Part shown: positions 1 through 11,236 of the stretch, piece by piece | How positions within the stretch are numbered: the stretch's first letter is position 1 | How the letters are laid out: every line of letters starts with the position of its first letter | Assembly: GCA_002633005.1 (NCBI GenBank) | Contig: NMRA01000005.1 | Span: 2,083,114-2,147,113 of the forward strand | Direction of reading: 5' to 3' | Length of the DNA: 64,000 bases | Source: Phoronis australis | Lineage: Eukaryota; Animalia; Phoronida | Notes under the pieces: model-generated | Databases searched by the model: none | What the model was told of the DNA's origin: nothing | What the model saw: only the letters and a program-made list of their open reading frames with translations | Translations under genes and position numbers: made by a program

Positions 1-1048
1 TGACATTGGTCATGAACCTATCATGTGATATCAAAATTGTTTAGAAACGATTCTGTTTGAAGCAGAAACTGGAGTAGAAAATTTGGTCAAAAATGACTCA
101 TTCCACACCAAGAAATTGCCTCATTTTGCCCCCCAGAACACTTCCCTTGTATCTCCTAAACCACCAAACTTTGTGGTGTCATACTTCACCCATTTTCTCT
201 CATCCCTAATGTGATTTATCAGACTAAACACGGATCTGAATGGTTGACCCCCCACCTTGCCGCTTGTTGACTGTACTGTGGTCGGTGGATCCGTGGACTG
301 ATACTTAACATGGAAGCACTTGTAATTCAAACGCGTGTTGAGAGTAGAAAGGTGTTTGTGACTGGCAGCGAAATGACATTGTACCTTCTTTATTAACTAT
401 TTCTAATCATTCAAGTCGTTTTTTGTTTAGTAAGCTTTCGAAAACACCTACCTGTTCGTTTCATATACAAGTGCAAACAGCGTGACTAACTGACAAATAC
501 GACATGGAAACCGTAACAAAAGTTTATTTGAGCAGAACTGGTGACCTCGGAGTGTATCCAGTTAAATCATTCTGTCCCGTGTAAGCTTTATGGAAATGAG
601 CTGCAGAGGCCCCTAATCTACCCGCTTTATCTATGTCAACAGTTTGCTCGAGCAGAAAAAGAACAGAGTAATGAAGACATTTAAATCACATTTTATTGAA
701 CATCCATTTGCACAGGTGTTCGAACAACACGACAATGACTCACACTACGTCGGCAAAAGAGGACGACTAAGTGTATTCGAATAACTTCCTACACAGCACG
801 TGTACCATGTCTGCATGTCATTTTACGGTTTAAACGCTGGTGCACATACCCCGAGCCTGTCCCTGTGTATCATTCGCCCATCAAAAATCTCACACAACTT
901 ACCAAAGCACTAACATGTAGCGAGTTGCAAGATATTGACTTACCATAAAAAGGTAAAAACTACTACCGGGAATTTGCGTAAGCCCACCAATGGGCGTTTA
1001 TTATGCCGAATAAACGCCCATGGTCGTGTATTTGATTTACAGCTTCTG

Positions 1049-1197
1049 GGCCCGGTTGCATAAAAGTCATACGCCGTATAGCAACAATGACGTCACATTA
1101 TCGCGCGCCACGATGTTATTGTTGAACAATGCACCTGACATCATGCAACAATCAGATTTATTCAGCGGATAACTTTGAAAATTTATGCAACCCAGCC
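1049..1197. mobile_element. PIF/Harbinger-like MITE, family A
   Basis: TIRs GGCCCGGTTGCATAAA / TTTATGCAACCCAGCC with CTG target duplication; related copy at 14655-14869. Confidence 0.7.
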
Positions 1198-1695
1198 CTG
1201 GTGTCAAGTGTCCTGATATTGAGACGTTTTTCGGGAAATTTCCTCATAGAAACCCACTCGGCGTAAACTTTTGGTCACAAATTCAGTTTTGCGGAGCATT
1301 TATCATTTCTAAGAACAAAAAAAGTGTTGGCGAACTATGTGTTTTAAGTGAAAAATGACAGTCACGAAACCTCTTAAAGGCGAAGGCAACCTTTTTCCAT
1401 GTCCTTTTGAGCTAAAATAGGGTTGGCTGGTTATCCTAGACATATTTTCCACTTAATTACAGCTTTTCGTAATTTTATAAATTACTCGTCCGCTACTCCG
1501 GAAGTGGCGTTTTAGGAGGCAAGCGTTTCCCGCCACTTGGTTTTGCGTTGACTTTACCGTGCAAATCTGTTCTATTCTACTTTTGTTTTGTGCTGTTNAT
1601 TCAGTTTTGCGGAGCATTTATCATTTCTAAGAACAAAAAAAGTGTTGGCGAACTATGTGTTTTAAGTGAAAAATGCCAGTCACGAAACCTCTTAA

Positions 1696-2610
1696 AGGCG
1701 AAGGCAACCTTTTTCCATGTCCTTTTGAGCTAAAATAGGGTTGGTTGGTTATCCTAGACATATTTTCCACTTAATTACAGCTTTTCGTAATTTTATAAAT
1801 TACTCGTCCGCTACTCCGGAAGTGGCGTTTTAGGAGGCGAGCGTTTCCCGCCACTTGGTTTTGCGTTGACTTTACCGTGCAAATCTGTTCTATTCTACTT
1901 TTGTTTTGTGCTGTTTTTCAACAATTGTCGCCACCACTTTCCATCGGCGAGCATTCTGCGGCAAGATAGGTTAGTAGAGAACTCAACTACGTTGGATTTA
2001 GGGATAGATAGTTTAGTGTTTTACTGTAAGCTGAAAATGGCTGGAGTCGGTGACCCCTATAACAGTGACAGTGTGAGCGACGGAGACCTTGTTCACAGCA
2101 GTGGTGACGAGGAATTTTTTCACGGACATTCAGTGGGTGGGTACATGTTTGAGCCCGAGTATAACGAGGCAGAGTACGCACAGGCACAGGCAGCTGTTGA
2201 GAGAAACGAGGCGGCTACTGAGGACAGACGTGGTGACACATCTTGGTGCAAATGCACTGTGTGCGTTGTTATGCCTACCTCAATGGAATGCTTGTGCTGT
2301 TCAGAGTTCGACNNNNNNNNNNNNNNNNNNNNNNNNNNNNNNNNNNNNNNNNNNNNNNNNNNATGAAAGCAAACGACGACGGAACTTAACACAACCGAGG
2401 TAGAACAATGACTGACTCGGCAGCTCTCACAGTCAGACTATATGAAAAGAAATTGGCGCGAAATGCTTGCCTCCTAAAACGTCACTTCCGGAGTAGCGGA
2501 CGAGTAATTAATACAATTACGAAAAGCTGTAATTAAGCGGAAAATATGTCTAGGATAACCAACCAACCTTATTTTAGCTCAAAATGACATGGAAAAAGGT
2601 TCCTTCGCCT
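1696..2610. mobile_element. Kolobok-type DNA transposon with an internal assembly gap
   Basis: TTAA at 1692-1695 and 2611-2614; about 160-bp terminal inverted repeats AGGCGAAGG(C/A)ACCTTTTTCCATGTC...; 50 N at 2313-2362; carries a Cys-rich ORF. Confidence 0.8.
2037..2312 (+). CDS. Partial KolX / P2X7 C-terminal (ballast)-like Cys-rich protein inside the Kolobok element; truncated by the gap
   Basis: Acidic N-terminus, GYMFEPEY, then SWCKCTVCVVMPTSMECLCCSE, the WCxCxxCxxM..ECxCC motif of the P2X7-ballast/nanor-like family. Confidence 0.75.
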
Positions 2611-2941
2611 TTAATCCAAACCATGACTTTCCATTTACACACTCCCCTTTTCCGAATAAATACCCAGGCGTTTATTTGGCGGTTACTAAGACGCCTGAAA
2701 ATTTTCATTTTCCGAATACACAACCATGGGCTTATCTATGGAAAATCCCGGTATCTTTTACGTGAAGTACCACAGAACAATGATGATGTGTATAGGCTCC
2801 GTAATGTATTGATTAAGGCCGGACAAAAACGATACGACTGAAGTTCAATCGCATGTTAGATGATTCACGGCTTTACCAAGACATTCAACACGGATCGTTA
2901 CTTTGGAAACTTTAGATTCACGGAGCATCAGAGGAGTACCT

Positions 2942-4108
2942 ACAAGAGCAAACCGGAGCGTTAAAATGCGCCCACGAATGCATCGCAAATTGTGTGTGCT
3001 TTTAGGGTTATTTATTTGTATCATAAAAATGGCTACTAAATGGCGCAAAAACGTACGATCCATCCAAAAACGATAACATGCCATATTTCATAAAAATTGT
3101 CATCGTCGTCCGTTGTCAACATCATATAAATACACTTGCTGAATTAAGTAAAGGTCCTGCAAACGGTTTAGGAGATACAGCCATGAGGGCAAAAAATAAC
3201 TGCCACTAGGAGGCGCCACAGTAGTCGAACTCGTCGGAAAACATCGTCAGCCGTCCACCTCATAGTAAAAACGTACATGCCAATTTTCACATTTATCCTG
3301 ATAGCGATTTGGTTGATAGACGAGTGGGCGCCAAAAAAACAGACTCGGAAACAGTAAAAATGGCCACTAGGTGGCGCATCCTAGGTCGAACCCATTTGAA
3401 AACGGAGAGATAGCATCACCTCATTAACAGATGCCTGTATGCCAAACTTTATGAAAATACGTTGAGGAATGATGAACATACAGAGGTAAACTTAAAAAGT
3501 TAAATTGCCACTAGGTGGCACACCAGTAGTCGTCCTCCATTTTTACACCACTTACTAAATTTAGTAAAGATCTTGCGAACGGTTTAGTAGTTACAGCCAT
3601 AGGCGCAAAAAACTGCCGCTAGTAGCGCCACAGTAGTCGAAGTTGTCGGAAAATCATCGTCAGCCGTCCACTTCATAGTAAGAACATACATTCCAATTTT
3701 CACAATCATCCTTTGAGCGGTATGGTTGATAGAGGGTTGGATGCAAAAAACAGACTCGAAAACATTAAAAATGGCTACTAGGTAACGCAAATTACGTGGA
3801 ATCCATCCGACAACAGGAGGATATCGTCATCTCACTAATAGGTGCTTGTATACCAAATTTTATGAAAATCCATTCAGGGCTTTTGAAGACCGGATACAGA
3901 GGTGAACGTAAAAAACTAAAATTGCCACTAGGGGGCACACCGGTAGTCGCATCCTTCCGAAAGTTCGCTCATGCCGTCCCATCCACGGAAGGAACACGTG
4001 CACACATGAAGGCGTTTTGGAGATCGAGCAGCGGACGCCGGACGCCAGACGGACGGACGGACGGAGATGACGGCATAATGCGTCCACATATAAATATGAG
4101 GGCGCATA
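2942..4108 (+). mobile_element. Helentron/HINE (DINE-1-like) non-autonomous element with internal tandem subrepeats
   Basis: Starts ACAAGAG; subterminal inverted repeat ATGCGCCC (near 2966) / GGGCGCAT (near 4100); 3' stem-loop ATGCGTCC..GGGCGCAT; (GACG)n tract; internal diverged units carrying GCCACTAGGTGGC with a higher-order period of about 415 bp. The 3' part is repeated at 4150-4537. Confidence 0.65.
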
Positions 4109-5015
4109 GAAATGGCTATACATTCTTGCGACGGTCAATGTCAGATGTNTATGGTTGATAGAGGGTTGGATGCAAAAAACAGACTCGAAAACATTAAAAA
4201 TGGCTACTAGGTAACGCAAATTACGTCGAATCCATCCGAAAACAGGAGGATATCGTCATCTCACTAATAGGTGCTTGTATACCAAATTTTATGAAAATCC
4301 ATTCAGGGCTTTTGAAGACCGGATACAGAGGTAAACGTAAAAAACTAAAATTGCCACTAGGGGGCACACCGGTAGTCGCATCCTTCCGAAAGTTCGCTCA
4401 TGCCGTCCCATCCACGGAAGGAACACGTGCACACATTAAGGCGTTTTGGAGATCGAGCAGCGGACGCCGGACGCCAGACGGACGGACGGACGGAGATGAC
4501 GGCATAATGCGTCCACATATAAATATGAGGGCGCATAGAAATGGCTATACATTCTTGCGACGGTCAATGTAAGATGTATCAACTTTAACTGATAAACCTA
4601 TACATTGAAGCAAAGCATTTCGTGACCTTGACACCCCCACCAACGTTTTTACGTAAAAGCAACAAAAGTAGCACAAGCAGACCAGCAGCGTTGCTAAGAC
4701 TGGTTTCCATCTACGACAGACCATAATATGATGCTCCTTCTCCCTTGTCGTCACAAATTCCCAGGCGCCGCTAGTTCTTCAGTGCCGCCAACTGCTGGAT
4801 CATTTATGCTGCCTCGCTTTATCCCTTTCCTTATTAGGGGCGGTTCGTTTTCATAGCCCCCTACCCACCTATGCCACTGAAGTAAAACATTCCAGACCAG
4901 TGACAGTATGGCAGTAGTTACTTTAGGTATGTCGACGCTTCCGGCATCCTCGGAGGTTTTTTGATCCCATGACAGCGTTTTCCCGTTCAGTGAGTTTACC
5001 AGACGAAGGGGTTCT

Positions 5016-5510
5016 GGTAGCGTGTGATAACATCTAGCTTCTTTGTTAACTGCCACCCTGTCTTTTGTCTGTTACGACAATAGGCAGGCCCATTATCTAC
5101 CAGGCTTATTTCAGACCACGCGTGAACACCATCAAACCTAGAGCGAATTCAAGTTGGTACATTCAGAAGGAATAGATTATCGTAACTTCGGTTGCAGTTG
5201 GGCGATTTTGGCAATTCAAAAACTAAACATGATCACCATTAGACGAGAATTTTAGAATGTTATTGGATTATGTTCAAACATGTTATAACTTAACTTTTAT
5301 TTTTAACAGTACAGCCCGGCCAGTCAGGCTAGATACGATCTTTTTGAAGATTAAAGCAATTACCAAACAAAAGAGAGCTGGCCCTACAACCCTGAATGCC
5401 AGGATGGAGTTAATCTGTCGTGTACGATATTGGCTACAGGGGTAAACTTCCCAACTTGTTGTAGGACTATAGAATCGAACAAGTTGGGAGCAACGGGAAA
5501 ACGCCGTAAT
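5016..5510 (+). repeat. Diverged dispersed repeat shared with about 17504-17922
   Basis: Collinear blocks AGCGTGTGATAA.ATCTAGCT, GTCTTTTGTCTG.TACGACAA, ATTCAAAAACTA, TTATGTTCAAACAT, CGAACAAGTTGG. Confidence 0.7.
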
Positions 5511-7217
5511 GCCTCTGCCGGTAAGAGTTCAACTATACAAGTTTGCATCCAACGGAACATGTCATAGCCCATCCATGGTCATGACTAATCCCCCTGCATG
5601 AAAGTAGTTTACTGTCCACGTTTCATGCTCATTTTCCGCCTAAGCACGCCTACACCTCTCTGCACGAGATTCAAGAAAAGGGCCGGCCTAGGGGAAGCAA
5701 CTACGACATCGTGATTGTACTTCCGTGGCGGGTCGAACGGTTCAGCTGAAACAAGTTCACATAAATACATTAGTCTAGCTAAATTATCGTACAAAGCAAC
5801 ACGTGCGAAAGACACACTGAGACGTAAACGTCAAGAAGCGTTGCATTTTTCTTTGTGCAGCGGATGTTTTGTCGCTGCAACAATTGACTTATTGTTGTCA
5901 AAAGACGTGTCTCCACAGTTAACTACACTTACAATGTATATGCAGTGATTCATGCCGTCTTTTATAAAGGAACGCCCGATTCACGCTCCAGATCGATTTG
6001 AGAGACATCTCTTAAGGAACAGTCAAATACAATGCAATGGTTTGCTGAGAAGACTGATATGGTACGAAAACATTTCACTTTTTTAGGCCTAGGGGATTGT
6101 CTCCATAAATTCCGGCACGTTGCATTTTTAATTTTTCTTAGTATTATGCTCTTGGCTGATAGGTAGACAACTCGAGAAAAATAACTATGGGTCTTAGATT
6201 TAAGAAACGGCGTGGCCTCATAATCGAATGGCCTTATATTGGTTATCGTTGCACTTTAAGTGGTTCCACGAAGTGAGATATTTCGCCTATAAGGTCATGA
6301 CTTTACAAACGATATTTTACGATAAATCATATCTCAGTTTTAGATGTAATTGACCAACTTTGCATCCTGCCAAAACATTGCTAACATTGCACGCTGAACT
6401 GGGCGAATTGAAAGTACTTTGACCCTTCCTGTATCAAATCATTCGTTGTAAATTGTTAAAAAGGCATTATGATATTCTATTTGAACAGAAATCATTGTCC
6501 AGCAATAAATATTTTAGTAAATCGAAAGGCCTGCCTCCACATAAAATATAACCAGCCTCCCGTTCGCTAAAAAGTAAGACTTCGCGAGATTACGTGAGAT
6601 ATTGCCGTGCATTTTAAATGAGAGCACGTGCCTTTGACTAGGCTTTAGCTAGGTCCTATTGTAGGTCCTAATGTCTACTGAACGCACGCCAGATTTAATC
6701 AGTTTCCCGCATTTTAAGCTAGATCACAACTGCTTTAATTATCACTTTAAAAAGGCTGCAAGTCGTGAGCTACGAACTTTGAAGCAGACTGCTGATATAC
6801 TACTATTCCGACACATCAATGGCATCTGAGAACCCCCGCCGCATGAGCACTGCGGACAGGTTAGTTGTTCACGTACAATAAAGCTTGGAAACCAACAGAG
6901 TCTATTGAGAACACTAAACCACTGGATCCTCCCACATACAGAAGCAGAAGTGATAGCTTGGGATGAGACGATTATCTAGAAGCCGGAAGGGTTAGGCTAC
7001 GTTTAAAACAAAGGATCGTGTTCATCGGCGTCTGCAAGTTGTTCAGGTGGGGTCTACACACAAAATTTGGCTGAACTTATTTGCTTTTGCGGATAATTTT
7101 GACACAGAAACGTAGTGATCTATTGTAGCCCCGAAGCATGTTGATAATCATCCCGATTTTGAAAATTATACCTTCTAAACACAGACCATTTTAAATCGCG
7201 GATCGAATTCGATTTGC

Positions 7218-7746
7218 CTACGACTGGTACAATTTATAATAACCTGGTGTTTCCAGAAGAGCATTTTCAGCTTTCGGCACATCATCACCGTACTCGGGAG
7301 CTAATTCTTGTTCCATCTCTACCAGCTTTTCCACTATGTGTATTTGACCTTGCTCTGTCAAAAAGGTCAACAGATGTGTATAGGCGCTGTCTTTCCTGGT
7401 AAGAAGCAGATCAATCAGGTAATCGACCTAGAAAAAACAAAAATAGGTATGGTGTAAATTTTAACCCCGCGACACAAGGATGCTTTGTTGCATAAGTGTA
7501 ACGTATTTCCAAGTTGACGACATTTATGACTGAGCTCGAGTGCACATTGGAGTTACTGGTAGATGGACTGCACCTGACACTTTCCGGTCAAAGTTGTACG
7601 CTGAAGCACATAGCGTTTGTGCGTTTCCACGATGTCTTCCGTAGATTGAAGATATATGCACAGGGCCTCCAGATCACAGATTTCGTCTGTCAAGTACTCG
7701 CGACATAAGTTGAGCACTTCCTTCCTTCGTTTAGTCATCTCTGTAT
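7218..7746 (-). CDS. CARD domain in two exons (7746 or ATG 7738 to 7574; 7427 to about 7218); either the C-terminus of the gene above or a separate CARD-only gene
   Basis: Splicing cag|gtgcag to ttttctag|GTC gives MTKRRKEVLNLCREYLTDEICDLEALCIYLQSTEDIVETHKRYVLQRTTLTGKCQVDYLIDLLLTRKDSAYTHLLTFLTEQGQIHIVEKL, a typical CARD pattern. The 3' end is uncertain: read-through stop at 7220-7218, or a further small exon near 7050. Confidence 0.75.
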
Positions 7747-9826
7747 CTACGGGCGAGAAGTGAACCCTGAGTGAAAAGTCACAGAAGCGTTGTGTCGATA
7801 ACTTAATTGGCATATTTTGGGAATGAAGAAATCAGTGTGCACAAGTGTAGGAACAACTATAGTGGCTTTGTACCGAGCGCTCTCCCGCGTCTCTTTGTAT
7901 TTTTACAACTCGAGACATGGTCTGTCTTGAAATTGCAAGAAAAGTCACAAAGGACTGCCTAACACACCACACCACACCACGTGACTAAACAAGAATTAAT
8001 TGGTGCAAAACTGTCCTTAAAATTCTAGGCACAATGTGATCACACTGATCTCTATAATTCACGCAAATCAGCCTGTGGATGGTAGCACCTCGGTGATCAA
8101 AAAACACACAAGTAATTTACTCACCCTTTTCAACTTTTCTTTTATATGGTTATGAGCAATAATGAGACGGCATATGTTTTGACCAACCTCGAAAATAAGA
8201 ATGCTTGATCAATTTATTTAAAAGACAGGAGTCAGCAATTACATGCATTTCGTTTTCGAAACGTTATTACGCAAAGTGGTTGAAAACATGGCAAAGCTGT
8301 CTTTTATCATCTTTAATGCATTCAAGGTCTCTCAAATTCAATATATTACGAAATAATAAAAGTAATACTTTTTCAATTATTTCAAGACTTTTCACAATAA
8401 TAAAGGCATTGCATAAAATTACGACTTTCATAGATTTTATCAAAACTAGGTCACTTTCCAGTACAAACCGGAGTCGAAATTATTTACACGAGCAGACTTT
8501 ACTCCCCCCCCCTTCATCAGGAACACCCAGAGAACACGCAACTGAACAGGATTGAGAAAACCATGGTATTTGATAACTCTTCGAAACATGACTGCTTTAG
8601 TTCAGTTGCAGATTATCTCACAATTCCAACTGCATATTGACTCTGTGTTAGAAAGGCACTTTTTTAAGTCCAGTGTGACAAATTTGGTTACACGTTTCAG
8701 CAGTTAATGGAAACGGCGTTAATGTTTTGGAGATTGAACGAAATAAAACCGAAAGATTACGTAATAAAAATTGGTACAGGAGATTTCATGTTGGGAATTG
8801 TGCCACAAAAACCTGGCCGTGCTAATGATGTTGATTTCCGCGAATGTGCTTGTCCAAAACTTATTAAAAACACGACCATGCAAACCCGGCAATAGATGGT
8901 AGATGTTAAATACTAAGTCAATGTCCTGAATAGGTTCTCCTTTTCCAAAAAAAATGTAATATTTCAACTCACAGTAAGCACCAACGAAAAAGGTTCTATT
9001 TGAGATTTTGATAGCCTGGTGTTGAAAGCGTTAAACACATATGCATCTATGCCCGTTGTCAAGGCTACTTCCCTCTTCTCTGTGCGCAGATTGGTTCACG
9101 CACTCCGAGAAGGTTAACATGAACGGATTAGTGACATAGACCTTACATGCATGTGTGACACATCAGACTGCTTACCGTTACTGAGTTGTGCAGAATGTTA
9201 CAGGCTTGCCTTAAACTGAAGTAAACGACACTCGTAGTTTTAACGTCGGTCTTATGGAGTTTGAGACTAAGTCTTTCCGAACCAAGTAAGTTTCATCTCA
9301 GCAGTGGCTGTGCTAATTTAAGCTTATTATGGATGTGTCGCCTGACTGGGTGTTGCCGTGACTTCAAATTGTTTTCAAATCTAATACGATTGTCAAAACA
9401 TCCTGCCTTTCAAGAGTCACAGTTTTTCGACATCCTTTCTATCAAAACATAAATCTGTTATTTGCAAACTTCTTGGAGATCCCAGAATTTTCATTCTGAA
9501 TTGGGTGACCATATTTTGTTATATTTTGTACATCTAAATCGCCCGTTACTTTCACACTGATAAAAACGTTCTTGAAAGAGCTTGACTGGGCACGTTAAAC
9601 CAAACTCAGTGAAATGTCATTATTAAAAAGAAAACACTACAACGTGTTTACATCTGTACGGTTATAATTAATACAAGGCTTTCACTAGTTGACAGTCAGT
9701 AAGCTTATTTGACAAGATATTTAATAAACTTTAAAAAATGTAACGAAGGAGCCCAGCTTTCTCATTTTCTCTCTGCGCAATAGAATGCACAGCATTTAAG
9801 TTTGAAGGCTAATTCTTGTAGACTAC

Positions 9827-10057
9827 CTGTAGTTTTGAGATTGCCCGACAGGGACAGGGCCTCGTTGAGTTGACGCTCCTGTTCCTCCTGCGTCATGCCA
9901 TCTCTTGTCGAATAAACTGCCCAGTAGCAGAGACACCTGTACAAGACCTCATCATTTAGCTCCTTTTGCCCTACGGGCACCCCGTATTTCTGCTCAACTG
10001 CATCGATGACGTTGTCGTCAGGGATGAGCGTCCTCAGGAACAGTCTGGTGTGTACAC
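9827..10057 (-). CDS. Death-domain exon of the same gene
   Basis: Acceptor ccatttcag is in phase with the 10357 donor, and the donor at 9826 is gtagtc (phase 1). Spliced peptide VRLLFMKIVGRIRVHTRLFLRTLIPDDNVIDAVEQKY..LNDEVLYRCLCYW..RQLNEALSLSGN fits the death-domain helical pattern (L.R.L...ID.iE..Y...E..Y..L..W...L..AL...G). Confidence 0.7.
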
Positions 10058-10356
10058 CTGAAATGGTATCGAACGTTAGGAGTACGACCGCACTATTTAG
10101 CATTATAACGAGTGGACTTACGATAGAGAGTAGACAGATCAGCTCCGTGTTTGATCTTTAGAGCGAGTTTCTAACGTGAGAAAAATTGTTGGCATTATGA
10201 GTTATGTGCATCTTTACTGAAATGTGAGTGTGTGCGTGATGACTGCACAGACAATCAATGCAACATTACAGTAGATTTACTGCAAAATATGTACAACAAA
10301 CTTTAAAATCGTATCGATAAAGCAATTGCACTTACTGTAGACAAACAAATACTTAC

Positions 10357-11236
10357 GAATACGACCAACGATCTTCATAAACAACAGTCTAACTTGCTCA
10401 TTGGGAGTTTGACCAGTGGATATGCCATTCGATGGTAGCTGGCCAATACTGTCTATTTTGCCCAAAATTTCCTGGAGTAAGTCGTTGTTGTTACGAATTT
10501 CGCGTGTCGTATCTGAAACTCCGGAACAAATGGTACTGAGCAAGTCAGAACACTGTTTGAAGTCGGATGACTCAACATCCTCATTCGCCGACTTCAGTCG
10601 TTTGTCAGAAAAAGGGACATATTCGATACCCTTGACTGCGTTCTCATAACGCCATGACATCTTTTGGTTTTTTCGTGAAGGCTTTAAGATCATTGCCTGT
10701 AACTGCTTATCAAACGCATCGCTTCTTGAAAAACTAAGAAATCTTGCTTTGGGCACACTATTTGACAAGGAAAAATCTAAGTGTACCTTATCAGAGCCCG
10801 GCATCAGAAGAACTACCACATTTTTGTTGTTGCACTTGTTGTCATTGTTGCTGTACTTTTGTATCAGTCCGATGTACTTCATACAATGGTCCTGCATATC
10901 AAATTTGTCCCAAACAAACACTACAGTGTTTTTTTCTCTTGTTTCTTCGTCACTTACATCACGATTTTCTTCTGTTAGCCTTAGCTGCCCCACAGAGTAG
11001 TGGAACGCCAGCCCATTCTGGTCAACTGCTAAGATCGACTTCCTCCTTGAATCTAAATCGTTATCCATAATTTCCACAGTCCAGTTCTCCACCTCCTTCA
11101 TATTCGCCAGTACATCTCTAACGATGTACATGATAGCTGCCTTCTTCGAGGCCTCTTCTTCACTCCAAACGTACTTGAATGATACCGAGATCGATGCATC
11201 GCAAGGCGCGGAGTCTCGTCGGCTTCGCTTTGGCAT
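10357..11236 (-). CDS. Exon 1 of a putative immune adaptor: SEFIR/TIR-like alpha/beta domain, linker, and start of a death domain
   Basis: 880-nt open exon from ATG 11236 to a canonical gtaagt donor (phase 1). The pattern SVSFKYVWS..AAIMYIVRDVL..WTVEIMD..KNTVVFVWDK..NVVVLLMPG..RFLSF resembles the SEFIR/TIR strand-helix order. That it is coding is well supported; the domain identity is inferred. Confidence 0.65.

Larger units (their letters stand above)
966..2751. mobile_element. Degenerate TA-flanked inverted-repeat host element (Tc1/mariner-pogo-like MITE) holding nested insertions
   Basis: TA-CCGGGAATTT at 964-975 mirrors AAATCCCGG-TA ending at 2753; CCCATGGTCGTGTATT is mirrored by AATACACAACCATGGG; the sequences flanking the Kolobok TTAA are weakly inverted. 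Confidence 0.4.

Noticed and set aside
1866-2366. Host P2X7 receptor gene
   Set aside because: No transmembrane or ectodomain exons; the ORF is enclosed by TIRs and TTAA, and the real start is probably ATG 2037.
3796-4572. Duplicated 93-120-aa ORFs
   Set aside because: They lie in a non-coding HINE-like repeat duplicated at an N junction; no recognisable domain.
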